Shown: positions 37,479 to 48,385 of the stretch, one piece after another
Layout: every line of letters begins with the position of its first letter
How positions within the stretch are numbered: position 1 is the first letter of the stretch
Assembly (NCBI GenBank): GCA_041690135.1
Contig: JAWLHY010000003.1
Coordinates: 32,001 to 96,000, forward strand
DNA length: 64,000 nt
Direction of reading: 5' to 3'
Source: Armatimonadota bacterium
Lineage (GTDB): Bacteria; Armatimonadota; SYMT01
Translations under genes and position numbers: made by a program
Notes under the pieces: model-generated
The model's input: only the letters and a program-made list of their open reading frames with translations
Told to the model about the DNA's origin: nothing
The model's database searches: none

Positions 37479-38023
37479 AGGCGCTGCGGGGACGAGAAGC
37501 CCCACCCGCAACCACTGCCGGGAACGTGGCGCGCACGCTGCGCCAGGCCGCGGGGTTCTGGACCGTCTTCTTCCTCCTCATACCGGCGGGGCTCTACGCG
37601 CTGGAAGAGATGCTGGGGTTCGCGGGCTTCCGCTTTGCCGCGCCCATCGGGAGGTGGACCGGCGCGGCCGTGTTCGGGATCGGTGGCGCCTTCAACCTCG
37701 CTGCGGCCCGCGACCTGGCGGTCACCGGCGAAGGGACCCCGCTCCCCCTCACCTGCCCGCGCAAGCTGGTCGTGACCGGCCTCTACCGCTACGTTTGCAA
37801 TCCGATGGCCATGGCCGCCCTCGCCCAGGGCACCGGGGTCGGCCTCTTCCTCGGCTCGCCCCTGGTGCTGCTGTACGCGGCAGCGGGCGCGGTGGTCTGG
37901 CACCTTTTCGTGCGCCCCTGGGAAGAGCGCGACCTGGAAGCGCGCTTTGGCGATAGTTACCGGCACTACCAACGCTGGGTGCGCTGCTGGATCCCCCGGC
38001 GCCCCGACGGCGAAGGGCCGTAG
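37472..38023 (+). CDS. Isoprenylcysteine carboxyl methyltransferase/PEMT-family membrane protein
   Basis: GEGTPLP..PRKLVVTGLYRYVCNPM, EERDLEARFGDSY, WIP. Confidence 0.85.
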   Translation: MVKALRGREAPPATTAGNVARTLRQAAGFWTVFFLLIPAGLYALEEMLGFAGFRFAAPIGRWTGAAVFGIGGAFNLAAARDLAVTGEGTPLPLTCPRKLVVTGLYRYVCNPMAMAALAQGTGVGLFLGSPLVLLYAAAGAVVWHLFVRPWEERDLEARFGDSYRHYQRWVRCWIPRRPDGEGP

Positions 38024-38052
38024 GGCGCAGGAGTTTCCGCTTCCGGGGGAGC

Positions 38053-39063
<1,011 letters not shown>

Positions 39064-39215
39064 TGCAGTCCTATAAGATCAGCGGAGCCCGCAACCTGCT
39101 ATCGGCCACATATCTCGCTGCGGCACTCTCCGGGCTCCCGGAAGAGTGTAGCGATTCGGGGCGAAAGCGCCAATCTCTCGGCGCAGAAAGTTGTCCATCC
39201 CGTGCCTGCCCATGG

Positions 39216-41047
39216 TCAAGCGGAGGCATGGCTTCCGCCCCGGGTTAGTCGCCGCGCTTCTCCCGAATGTACCCCCGCCCCGTTGGTCCGCCCAGGTCCG
39301 CAGCCAGGCTCCTCTTCCAAGCTCGTTTCCGCGTTCTGCAGCGAGTACATTCCGGCGTATAACCCTCCTGCCATCAGCAGCTCGGCATGGGTCCCCGCTT
39401 CCGCGATGCGGCCTTCGTCCAGGACCACGATCCGGTCGGCCCACCGCGCCATGGAGAGCCGGTGGGTGATGATCAGGGTAGTCCGGTCCTGCGCCAGGCG
39501 CTGCAGCGCCTGCTGGATCAGCCATTCCGACTCCGGCTCCACCGCGGAGGTCGGCTCGTCTAGGATCAGGATCCGGGGATCGGCAAGGAAGGCGCGGGCG
39601 ATGCAGAGCCGCTGCCGCTGGCCTCCGGAGAGCCGGACGCCGCGCTCGCCGACCTCCGTATTCCAGCCTTCCGGCAGCTCCTCTTCGATGAACCGGAGCG
39701 CGTTCGCCGCCGCCGCCGCGGTACGGGCTTCCTCCAGGGTGGCTTCCGGGCGGGCATACCGTACGTTCTCCAGCACCGTGCCGGTGAAAAGAAACGGCTC
39801 CTGCAGCACCATCCCGATCTGCCGGCGCAGGCTCTGCAGGGTGGCCTCTCGGAGGGCCCGGCCGTCGATCCGCACGCAACCGGCCGTGGGATCCCAGAAC
39901 CGGGGAAGCAGGTTCACGAGTGTGCTCTTGCCGCCGCCGCTGCTCCCCACGATCGCCACGACCTCGCCGGCCGCCACCTCCAGATCGATCTCGCACAATA
40001 CCGGCCGCGAGCCGTAGGCGAAGTGGACCCCCTCGAAGGTCACCCGGCCGGAAAGGCGGGGCAGCTCCACGGCCCCCGGCGCGTCGGCGACTTCGACCGG
40101 CGCATCGAGCACCTCGAAGACCCGGGCCGCCGCCGCGTTGCCCCGCTGGAACAGGTCGTTGACCTGGGCCAGGCCGTACACCGGCTCCAGCAACTCGCCG
40201 GCATAGGCGCGGAACGCCACCAGCCCCCCCCAGCGTGAAGCGGCCCTGGAGAATGAGCCAGGCGCCGGCCGCGATGGAGAGGGTGGTGGTGACGTGCCCC
40301 AGCAACCGGAGCGACGGATAGAAGAGCGACCGCGCGTTCAGCGCCTGCTGCTCCGCTTCCCAGTGCTCGCCCGTCAACCGCCGGAAACGGACCGCCTCCT
40401 GCGGTTCCTGCGCGAACGCCTTCACGACCAGCGTTCCCGCGAGCAGTTCCTGGAGACGGGCGCTCACATGGCCGAGCCTCCCGCGGGTCGTGCGGTACAG
40501 GTCCCGGATCTTCTCGTTGAAACGGCGGACCAGCACCCACACGATCGCCACCGGCGGCACCACGATGGCGGCGAGGAGCGGGTTCAGCAGCATGATACAG
40601 GTTCCAATCACCAGGAAGGCATAGACATTGGCTAGCACCGACTGCGTGATCCGCAGCGCGACCGACTGCAGCAGGTCCACGTCGCCGACGACCCGCGCGA
40701 TCAGGTCTCCGGACCGGTGCTGCTGCAGATAGCCCACGGATTGGCTCTGCAGCTTCCGGTGGACCTCGTTCCGCAGGTCCCGCACGAACGCCAGGGCGAC
40801 GCGCTCCAACAGGTTCTCCCGCAGCGCGTCGAGGGCGGTCCCCAGCAGGTATGTCCCCAGCATCACCGCCGCCGCGCCGGCCAGGCGGTCGGCGCGCCTC
40901 GCCAGCACCACTTCGTCCACCAGGTACCGCCAGATCCACGGGTGGGCCAGGGAAAGCGGCGTCGCCACCGCCATGCACAACAGCCCGAACCCCGCCTGCC
41001 AGCGGTAGGGGCGAAGGTAACCGAGGAGCCGGAGATAGGTCTTCATC
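39216..41047 (-). pseudogene. ABC exporter (TMD+NBD) frameshifted in a G8 run
   Basis: TMD from MKTYLRLL; after FTLGG the frame shifts at the C8 run 40224-40231 into ORF 39216-40220 (GSSGGGKST, LSGGQRQR, ILDEPT); removing one G restores FTLGGLVAF. Confidence 0.85.
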
Positions 41048-41130
41048 AGAAACCACCTGGGAGTGGGGCCGCGTTGAGGGAGGTCGTACAGCATGGCGGA
41101 TAGCTCTTCTTCCACCGGACAAAAACACGG

Positions 41131-41159
41131 TTGACATCCCTCGGCCCTTATTGCATACT
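41131..41159 (+). promoter_or_regulatory. Sigma70-type promoter of the plus-strand lasso operon
   Basis: TTGACA-17 bp-CATACT. Confidence 0.6.
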
Positions 41160-41171
41160 CATTGCAGTAAG

Positions 41172-41183
41172 TATACACACTGA
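41172..41183 (+). promoter_or_regulatory. TATACACACTGA motif, copy 1
   Basis: Identical 12-mer at 52053-52064 (-); 9-mer core at 53032-53040 (-). Confidence 0.55.
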
Positions 41184-41216
41184 ATACGCATCCGGGTGGT
41201 GCAGGTGAGGGGAACG

Positions 41217-42089
41217 ATGTCCGGCCCAGGATCCAAAACTCGAAAGCCAGGGAGAACGCCCGGAGTACCGGGAGCTCACTCGCGACGCCGGCGGGGGTTC
41301 ACCCTCATCGAGTTCCTGGTGGTCATTGCCATCCTGGCAATCCTCGCCGGGCTGCTCTTTCCCGTCTTCGCCCAGGCGCGGGAGGCGGCCCGCAAGGCCA
41401 ACTGCCTCTCCAACCTGAAGCAGATCGGCGCGGCCTGGCTGCTCTACGCGCAGGACCACGACGAAACCATCGTGACCTATAACGGCAGCCAGGTGGGGAA
41501 CGTGCTCTACAGCTGGGACGCCGCCTACGACGTGGCGAACGAGACCTTCGATATCTCGCAGGGGCTGCTCCAGCCGTACATGAAGAATGCCGCCGTGCTG
41601 GATTGCCTCTCCGCCGGCGGCATCGCCGCACAGCGCAGCTATCGGCTGGCGTACGGCATCAATCACCTCTACCTCTATTACCCGCGCTACCCCGCCGCGG
41701 ACTACCTGGGCAAGTACCAGCCGGCCACCCTGGCACAGGTTGAGCGCCCGGCGGACACAGTCATCATGGCCGACTCGGCCAGCCGGGGCATCGCGCCGCA
41801 CAACCTCGGCCAGATCATCCGCACGCGCAACCTGCGGGCTCCGAGCTACGAGGGCACCGTCGGTCCCTCGGCCCACGGCCGTCATGCCGGGTTTGCGGCG
41901 GTCCTATGGGGCGACGGCCACGTCAAGGCGGTCCGGACGACGCCCCGCGCCGCCCATCCGGACGGAGCGGCGATGGCCGAGTGGTACCGCTCGCACCAGA
42001 TCGGCGACCTCCTCCCGCCCGGGTGCGGGCACGACCAGCCGTGCCAGGACTACTACTTCGAGCTGCGCAAGACGACGGCGGGCCGCTGA
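41217..42089 (+). CDS. Prepilin-type N-terminal cleavage / DUF1559 protein
   Basis: [32 protein letters not shown]; CLSNLKQ; C-terminal H-X9-DGH. Confidence 0.92.
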   Translation: MSGPGSKTRKPGRTPGVPGAHSRRRRGFTLIEFLVVIAILAILAGLLFPVFAQAREAARKANCLSNLKQIGAAWLLYAQDHDETIVTYNGSQVGNVLYSWDAAYDVANETFDISQGLLQPYMKNAAVLDCLSAGGIAAQRSYRLAYGINHLYLYYPRYPAADYLGKYQPATLAQVERPADTVIMADSASRGIAPHNLGQIIRTRNLRAPSYEGTVGPSAHGRHAGFAAVLWGDGHVKAVRTTPRAAHPDGAAMAEWYRSHQIGDLLPPGCGHDQPCQDYYFELRKTTAGR

Positions 42090-42120
42090 TCTCCCCCGCG
42101 GGTGCGACAGGAGTTTTCTC

Positions 42121-43968
42121 ATGCCGGCATGGGTGGGTGTGTTGAACCTGGATGGCTCCCCACTGGAGGAGGCGGACCTTCGCCGCCTCCAGTGGGCCGC
42201 CGCGGACCTGCGGGGTTCGGCTGTGAGCCTCTGCGCCCCGTCGGGATCGCCCTGTGGAATGGCGATCGCCTCCTGGGAGCACGGGCCCAGGATCGCGGGC
42301 TGGCCGAGCGTTCCGGCTCCCCAGGACGGAAATCATCTGCGCGTCGTGTGCGAAGGCTGGATCGACGCGGAGGGAACGACCAGGGTGACCGGGGCGACCG
42401 GGGAAGGGGAAGGCTCCGCGGAGATCGTTGCGGAGGCTTACCGCAAGTGGGGCGACGGTTGCCCGGCACACCTGCACGGGGATTACGCCTTTGCCCTCTG
42501 GGACGCCCGGGAGCAGCGCCTGTTGTGTGCCCGCGACACCGGCCAGACGAAGCCGTTCTTTTACGCGGTGTGCGGCCACCGCTTCCTCTGGGCCTCGGAT
42601 CCGCGCCCGCTCCTGGAGCACTGGCCGCTCTCCCGTGACTTCGATGTTCCCTATCTCACCACTTACATGGTGATCGCCGACCGGAACTGGGAGCGAACAC
42701 CCTACACCGCCGTCCGGAAGCTGTCGGGAGGGCATGCCCTGGTGGCGGAGCGTGGCGGCGTACGCTCCTGGCGCTGGTGGGAGCTTCCCGAGCCCGGCTC
42801 CCTCCGCTACCGGCGGGCGGAAGAATACCAGGAGCACCTGCGGGAGCTTCTGGAGCAGGCGGTGCGTGCCCGGCTCCGGGGAGCCGAGCGGGTCTCCGTG
42901 GCCCTCAGCCGGGGGATCGACTCGGCCTCGATCGCCGCCGTGGGCGCCGCCGCCTTCCGGCAGGAAGGCGCGTCCCCTTCCCGCCTGCACTGTGTGACGG
43001 TAAGCTGCACGGACTATCCGGAGGCAGACGAGAGCCCGGATGCCCGCCGCATCGCGAAGCGCCTGGGGCTGCCGCACCAGGTGGTGCCCGCCACCCCGGA
43101 GGCCTGGGATGCCCGTGAGGCACTGGCGCTGCTTGCCGAGCCGAGCGGCATCGTCGGCTACTGGGGCATCTGGGAGGCAATCGCGGCCGGCTGCCTCGCC
43201 ACCGGCAGCCGCGTGCTGCTTACCGGGCAGGGGGGCGAGCTGGTTTCCTGCGACTGCTACCTTTCCCGCCTCTTCCGCGCGAAGCGTTACGGGGAGGTCG
43301 CGCGGGAGCTGTGGCGGTGGCGCCGGGCCGGCGCTCCGCACGCGCCCCTGCTCCGGTTGGAGCTGGCGCAGCTCCAGAACCCGGTGACCCACTGGGCGCC
43401 CGTGGACGGCCTGGAGCCCTACGATTGGCTCCGGCACCCCGAGCTCTGCCGGATGGACATGGAGTGCCTGGGGCAGGCGCACCCTATCCTCCGAAACAAC
43501 CACTACGACTTCGTGGAGGTCGCGCAGGCCACGACCGGGCTCCAGCCGCTCTTCACCCGCCACGGGATCGAGCTGCGCCATCCGCTGCAAGACCGGCGGC
43601 TGGTGGAGTTCGCCTACAGCCTCCCCGTGGAATGGAAGCTGCCGGCGAAAGGTCCTGGGAGTCGCCTGCTTGACAAGCCCCTCCTGCGCCGCGCCCTGGC
43701 GCCGGAGCTGACCCTGGAGCTGCCGAAACCTAGCGCGAGCGTCCGGCGCATGCTGGGACGGCATCGGCACCGGTACTGGACGGCGTTCCGGGACCTCCTC
43801 CAGGACCCGCCGGAGGCGCTGGCCGCGGTGGCCGACATCGATCGTTTGCGTGAGCGCTCCGTGGACCTGCTGCAAGATCGCGGCGGAAAGCGGTTCGTGG
43901 CGCTCACGGCCATTCTTGCCTGGTGGCTCGCAGCCGCGGAACAGGCAAGGCATCCCGCCGTTGTTTGA
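42121..43968 (+). CDS. Lasso peptide cyclase (asparagine synthetase-like)
   Basis: No N-terminal catalytic Cys; GDYAFALWD, CARD, LSRGIDS, LLTGQGGE, RHPLQDRRLVEF, KPLLRRAL; next to precursor, RRE and B2. Confidence 0.9.
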   Translation: MPAWVGVLNLDGSPLEEADLRRLQWAAADLRGSAVSLCAPSGSPCGMAIASWEHGPRIAGWPSVPAPQDGNHLRVVCEGWIDAEGTTRVTGATGEGEGSAEIVAEAYRKWGDGCPAHLHGDYAFALWDAREQRLLCARDTGQTKPFFYAVCGHRFLWASDPRPLLEHWPLSRDFDVPYLTTYMVIADRNWERTPYTAVRKLSGGHALVAERGGVRSWRWWELPEPGSLRYRRAEEYQEHLRELLEQAVRARLRGAERVSVALSRGIDSASIAAVGAAAFRQEGASPSRLHCVTVSCTDYPEADESPDARRIAKRLGLPHQVVPATPEAWDAREALALLAEPSGIVGYWGIWEAIAAGCLATGSRVLLTGQGGELVSCDCYLSRLFRAKRYGEVARELWRWRRAGAPHAPLLRLELAQLQNPVTHWAPVDGLEPYDWLRHPELCRMDMECLGQAHPILRNNHYDFVEVAQATTGLQPLFTRHGIELRHPLQDRRLVEFAYSLPVEWKLPAKGPGSRLLDKPLLRRALAPELTLELPKPSASVRRMLGRHRHRYWTAFRDLLQDPPEALAAVADIDRLRERSVDLLQDRGGKRFVALTAILAWWLAAAEQARHPAVV

Positions 43969-44015
43969 CGGGCGGCGGAGATCGCTCCTCTACGTCAAGA
44001 TAGGAAACCTGTCCG

Positions 44016-44174
44016 ATGAACAAGCAGAAGAAGCAGTATGAAGGAATCCGTCTGGAAGCATACGGCTCGCTGACCGAGCTGGTGCTCGACCGCTGCAACG
44101 GCGGCGACGGCGACTTCAACACCGTCCATGGCGGCGAGGACTCGAGCCCGCTGCCGTTCCAGACCAACAAGTAA
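44016..44174 (+). CDS. Lasso peptide precursor (52 aa, not in ORF track)
   Basis: MNKQKKQYEGIRLEAYGSLTELVL-DRCNGGDGDFNTVHGGEDSSPLPFQTNK; Y-17, L-12, G-8 register; Asp at core 7 and 9; AGGA RBS. Confidence 0.85.
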   Translation: MNKQKKQYEGIRLEAYGSLTELVLDRCNGGDGDFNTVHGGEDSSPLPFQTNK

Positions 44175-44195
44175 ACCCGGAGCGGCAAGCAGCGT

Positions 44196-44259
44196 CCGGC
44201 CCCTCTCGTTGACCCCGCGAGGGGCCGGCACTTCCGGAGACCGGGGAAACCCGGTCTCC
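44196..44259 (+). terminator. Twin GC hairpins after the precursor gene
   Basis: CCGGCCCCTC...GAGGGGCCGG (44196-44228) and GGAGACCGGG-GAAA-CCCGGTCTCC (44236-44259); no strong U tail. Confidence 0.55.
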
Positions 44260-44301
44260 ACCCATCTCATTGTAGATTGAAACGATCACCCGAGCAAAAC
44301 C

Positions 44302-44598
44302 ATGATGGAGCTGGACCAACCCTTTGTGCTCTCCCCCGCCGTGCAGGATACGGAGGCGGACGGCGATCTCGTGCTGCTCGATCTCGAGCGCGAGCAGTTC
44401 TTCGGGCTGAACGAGGCGGGCGCCCACCTGTGGCGCGGCCTGGCGGAAGGACGCACCCCGCGTCAGATCATCGCAGAGCTGGCCGAGTGCTACGACGCAC
44501 CGGAAGAGCGGCTGCGGGCGGATGTGCTGGCCACGCTGGAACAGTTCGCGACGCGCGGATGGGTGACCCCGCAGGCCTCGCCCGCAGTGGGAGGGTAG
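44302..44598 (+). CDS. PqqD-family RiPP recognition element (B1)
   Basis: DLVLLDL..FFGLNEAGAHLW..IIAELAECYDA..DVLATLEQF. Confidence 0.92.
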   Translation: MMELDQPFVLSPAVQDTEADGDLVLLDLEREQFFGLNEAGAHLWRGLAEGRTPRQIIAELAECYDAPEERLRADVLATLEQFATRGWVTPQASPAVGG

Positions 44599-44603
44599 CC
44601 GGG

Positions 44604-45104
44604 ATGATCGGCACTCTCCGCCGGGCATGGCTCTTCACCCGGGCCTATGCGCAACTGCTCCGGATCCAGAGGGTCCTCCTCCAGCGGGGCTTCTCCGGTC
44701 TCCAGGCGGATTATCTCCTTCCCTGGAAGCCGGGGAGCCGGCCCGTCCGCGCGCAGGACCGCCTGGCCCAGGAGGTGGAATGGGCCGTGGAGCAGGCCTG
44801 CGCCTGGCAACTCCGGCGCACCGTCTGCCTGCATCGCGCCACCCTCGCCTACAGCCTTCTTCGCGCCATCGGCGGCCGGCCCCGCTTCGTGATGGGCGTG
44901 GCCGGCCGCCCGTTCGGCTCGCACGCCTGGGTCGAGCTGGAAGGAGAGCCTTTTGCCGACGGCGAGATGGAAGCCTCTCGCTATCATTTCCGGCCGATCC
45001 TCTCACTTCCGGCGACTGCCCGTCTCAACCCGTCAGGCGGAGAGGAACCGCGATCACCGCTAGCGCGTTGTAATAGCTCAGCACCCGCGCGTCGCGGCGC
45101 ATGA
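44604..45104 (+). CDS. Lasso peptide leader peptidase (B2)
   Basis: VCLHRA...MGV...PFGSHAWVE; GGGAGG RBS; 3' end overlaps the convergent gene by 80 bp. Confidence 0.92.
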   Translation: MIGTLRRAWLFTRAYAQLLRIQRVLLQRGFSGLQADYLLPWKPGSRPVRAQDRLAQEVEWAVEQACAWQLRRTVCLHRATLAYSLLRAIGGRPRFVMGVAGRPFGSHAWVELEGEPFADGEMEASRYHFRPILSLPATARLNPSGGEEPRSPLARCNSSAPARRGA

Positions 45105-46572
45105 GCGTCAGGAAGAGGCGGGCCGGGCTTCCCGCGCGCAGCAGCGGCACGAGCGAGGGCCAGGCGATCCGGACCCGCACTTCATACATGGGATGACCGG
45201 GCTGCACCACCGCATCACCCGGTCCCGCGAGCCGCATCTCGTCGTCTCCTCCGAGCTCAACGGAAAAGCACTCCCCACAGCCTTCGCCGTCTAGCCGCAG
45301 GCGGTACTCCAGACGGGGGTCGGTCAATCGCGGCAACCGCAGCGCCAATCCCAGGCTACCTTCCTCGCGCCAGGCGCAGAGTGCCGGGAGGTCGAAGTCC
45401 TCGTCCGACGCATGCACGAGGAGCCGGTCCAGGCCTCCCGGCGCCGGTGGAACCGGGCCGCGGCTCCACGGCCCCTCGGCCCGCTCGACTCGCAGCCTGC
45501 TCCACCCTACCTGCTCCAGCAGGTCCATCGGTTCGGGAGCGAGGAGAGCGGTCTCCGGCGCCCCCAGGTCCACCCAGGCACCCCGGAACCCCAGGCAGCG
45601 GGGATAGCTCCGGCGCGGCCGGCCCGGTACCGGGCCGCTTCCGGAGAGAGGGTCCTCACCGCAGAGCCGGCCCAGCAGGCGCCGGGCGAGGTCGACCGCG
45701 TCGCCGGCGCCGAACTCCCACACCAGCTCGCCGAAGCGGCCCGCGTCGAAGTCCGGCAGCCGGAACAGGTCGCGGATCTCCGCCAGCAGTCCCAGCCGGA
45801 CCGGCTGCGCGAGCAGGAACGGCGACTGGAGGTACTCCTTGAACTCGTGCGCGCAGAGGATGAGCGCGGCCATTTCGGGCCGGGGGACGCGGAAGCCCTC
45901 CAGGTCCGGAGTTCGCGCCCGGGTCAGGTGCGGCAGCAGATCCGCGAACCGGAGTTCTCTCTGGCGGGGCATGGCGTGAGGCTGAAGCCAGATTCCCGGG
46001 TTCCGCTCCGGCGTGAGATCGAGGTCATGCATCCCGGGCGGATAGGAGTAGACCGGAAAGTAGCGGTGAATCTCCAGGGCCACACCGCCGCGCCGGAAAC
46101 TTCCGAGCTCGTGCCGCCATTCATAGTCGAACGCGCCGGTGTAGCCCAATGCCTCCAGTGCGGGCTGAAGCGTTTCCACTTCCGAACAGAGGAGGTCGAC
46201 GTCGCCGCTGTAGCGCAGCCCCGCCTGATTTCCGGTCAGAGCGTAGGTAGTCATCCCCTTGATGACCACCGGACGGTGCTCCGGTGTGAGAACGGTGTGA
46301 AGCTCCCGCAGGGCTCCCACCTGACGCTCGTAGTTGGCCAGCGCGGCGGCCCGCTGGGCGCGCATCGCCTGGAGCAGCGCCGGGGTGCACCACGGGGGGA
46401 CCTCTCCCTCCTTGACCCGCCGCAAGAACCGCCCGGCGAGCCGGTGCCGGACCAGCAGATCACAAAGATGGCCGGGGTCGAGACCGGCCTCCACCGGCGC
46501 CTCTTCCCGCAGGCCGGCGGCCCAGCAAAGCGCCTCGAGCCCGGGCGGGTAAGTCTCCTCCGGGGCCCTCAT
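45025..46572 (-). CDS. Nucleotidyltransferase (NTP_transf_5-like) with C-terminal extension
   Basis: VVIKG...RYSGDVDLL...LEALGY...LEIH; family common in lasso clusters. Confidence 0.82.
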   Translation of the reverse strand: MRAPEETYPPGLEALCWAAGLREEAPVEAGLDPGHLCDLLVRHRLAGRFLRRVKEGEVPPWCTPALLQAMRAQRAAALANYERQVGALRELHTVLTPEHRPVVIKGMTTYALTGNQAGLRYSGDVDLLCSEVETLQPALEALGYTGAFDYEWRHELGSFRRGGVALEIHRYFPVYSYPPGMHDLDLTPERNPGIWLQPHAMPRQRELRFADLLPHLTRARTPDLEGFRVPRPEMAALILCAHEFKEYLQSPFLLAQPVRLGLLAEIRDLFRLPDFDAGRFGELVWEFGAGDAVDLARRLLGRLCGEDPLSGSGPVPGRPRRSYPRCLGFRGAWVDLGAPETALLAPEPMDLLEQVGWSRLRVERAEGPWSRGPVPPAPGGLDRLLVHASDEDFDLPALCAWREEGSLGLALRLPRLTDPRLEYRLRLDGEGCGECFSVELGGDDEMRLAGPGDAVVQPGHPMYEVRVRIAWPSLVPLLRAGSPARLFLTLMRRDARVLSYYNALAVIAVPLRLTG

Positions 46573-47540
46573 GCCGCCGCCTCTCCCCGGCTCAAACCGG
46601 CGTCGTTGGCCCTGAGCGCCAGGGAGCGGATGACGGATACCAGCTCGGGCAGGATGTCGAACCGCTTCGGATACTCCAGGGTATAGACGGGTACCGCCCG
46701 CGCGACCGCCGCGTACTGCGCCATGACGTGTCGCGTCTCAAAAGGGGGCGCGGAACCGAGCACCGCCATCGAGTTCCGCATCAAGAGGGGAACGACCCGG
46801 GCCGCCGGCTGACGCTCGGCGCGTACTTCGGCGGCCTCGGGCCGGGGCTGGAGCGCGAACACGGCGGCCAGGGGAGCCGCCTGGACGGCCCGGCGCTCCG
46901 GGGGCACGGGATACCACCACTTGTCTCGCCCGTTTCCCACTTCCGGCATTCCGCCGCCGTCCACGCCGTACCGGTCGAGCAGTTCGCGTCCGACCTTGGG
47001 GTAAAGGGAAACGGCGGGAACGGCAATCGCCCGCCCGTGCTCCAGGCGCACCGGAACCGCGTCGTCATTGGCGAAGAGCCCGCCCGCCTCCAGCAGCGCC
47101 CAGAGCGTCGTCGATTTGCCCGTTCCCGAAGGGGCGAGGAGGGCGACACGGCGATCCTCCAGGTCCACCGCGGCGGCATGGAGAGACAGATACCCCCGGA
47201 TAGCTGAGCAGAGCCCCAGCCCCATTCCGAGGACGTAGGTCGCGGCCTCCGCGTGGTGCTCGGGCGGCGCGTCCACCCCGATCCGCTCGCCGCGCTCGTG
47301 AACGTGCAACCGGAAGCGGTCGCGCACCCGCAGGAGGAAACCCTCCTCCTGCCGGTACCACGCCAGGGCCCCACCGAAGTAACTGGCGAGGCAATCCGTC
47401 TCCACCGCGGGCGGCAGGTCCTGAAACTCCACGCGGAGGGGTTCGGAGCCGCCGGCGCCCTCCGCGGGACGACAGCGCGCGTCGCACGGGAGCACCAGGT
47501 CGCTCTTCACCTGGAACTGCTGAATGAAATAATGTTGCAT
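46569..47540 (-). CDS. HPr-kinase-like peptide kinase
   Basis: LHAAAV, APSGTGKST, ANDD; ATGA overlap with nucleotidyltransferase. Confidence 0.88.
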   Translation of the reverse strand: MQHYFIQQFQVKSDLVLPCDARCRPAEGAGGSEPLRVEFQDLPPAVETDCLASYFGGALAWYRQEEGFLLRVRDRFRLHVHERGERIGVDAPPEHHAEAATYVLGMGLGLCSAIRGYLSLHAAAVDLEDRRVALLAPSGTGKSTTLWALLEAGGLFANDDAVPVRLEHGRAIAVPAVSLYPKVGRELLDRYGVDGGGMPEVGNGRDKWWYPVPPERRAVQAAPLAAVFALQPRPEAAEVRAERQPAARVVPLLMRNSMAVLGSAPPFETRHVMAQYAAVARAVPVYTLEYPKRFDILPELVSVIRSLALRANDAGLSRGEAAA

Positions 47541-47558
47541 TTTCAATCGATGCGAAAA

Positions 47559-48326
47559 CTACGGCACCTTGGTCAGGGTGAAGAGGTTGTCCTGCTTTGC
47601 GTCGCCTCGGCCCACGCCCGGCGGAAGCAGGTCGCCGAGGCGGTTCTGCCGGTGGAAGTCGGTAATTGCCGCGCTGCCGCCCACACTGTCGCGCGGCGTC
47701 ACCCGGACCGCCTTCGCATGGCCGTCGTACCACACCACGTTGGCCCACTCGTTGTGCCTGCCGTGCGCGGTCGGCGTCCCGGCGAAGGAGGGCTGCCGCA
47801 GTGTGCGAGAGCGGGCCAGGGCGCCCGTGGCCGGCGAGCGCCAGCCGGTATCCGCGAGGATGATTGTATCCGTCGGCGCTTCGAAGGCCGCCTGGGAGGG
47901 CGGGGGAACGAACCCCGCCCCGTAAACCATGATGTTGAGACCGTAGGCCAGGCGGTAGTTGTTCGCTACCGGAATACCCGCCGCCGAGGGACAGTCCACA
48001 ATCGGCGCGCTCTTCATATACGGCTGGATCAGCCCCTGGGAGATGTCGAACTGCCCGGTGCTCGCGTCGTAGACGGAGTCCCAGTAGTAGAAGAGATTTC
48101 CGGTCGGGTCGGTGCCGCCGTTCACCACGCAGAACGTCTCGTCGTAGTCCTGGGCGTACATCAGCCAGGCCGTGCCGAACTGCTTCAGGTTGGAAAGGCA
48201 ACTGGTGGAGCGGGCGGCTTCCCGCGCCCGGGCGAACACCGGAAAGAGGATGGCGGCCAAGATGGCGATGATGGCTATCACGACGAGCAGTTCGATCAGC
48301 GTGAAGCCGCGCGCGGATCTGCGCAT
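47559..48326 (-). CDS. Prepilin-type / DUF1559 protein, paralog of 41217-42089
   Basis: [36 protein letters not shown]; [13 protein letters not shown]; H-X9-DGH; AGGAG RBS. Confidence 0.92.
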   Translation of the reverse strand: MRRSARGFTLIELLVVIAIIAILAAILFPVFARAREAARSTSCLSNLKQFGTAWLMYAQDYDETFCVVNGGTDPTGNLFYYWDSVYDASTGQFDISQGLIQPYMKSAPIVDCPSAAGIPVANNYRLAYGLNIMVYGAGFVPPPSQAAFEAPTDTIILADTGWRSPATGALARSRTLRQPSFAGTPTAHGRHNEWANVVWYDGHAKAVRVTPRDSVGGSAAITDFHRQNRLGDLLPPGVGRGDAKQDNLFTLTKVP

Positions 48327-48385
48327 GGTAGGTCTCCTGAATGAATGGCCGCTCCGAACGGGAACGGCAGGATGGAAGGCAAAGC

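Noticed and set aside
41587-42120. N-terminal extension of the cyclase ORF
   Set aside because: Overlaps the DUF1559 gene out of frame; an AGGAG RBS supports ATG 42121
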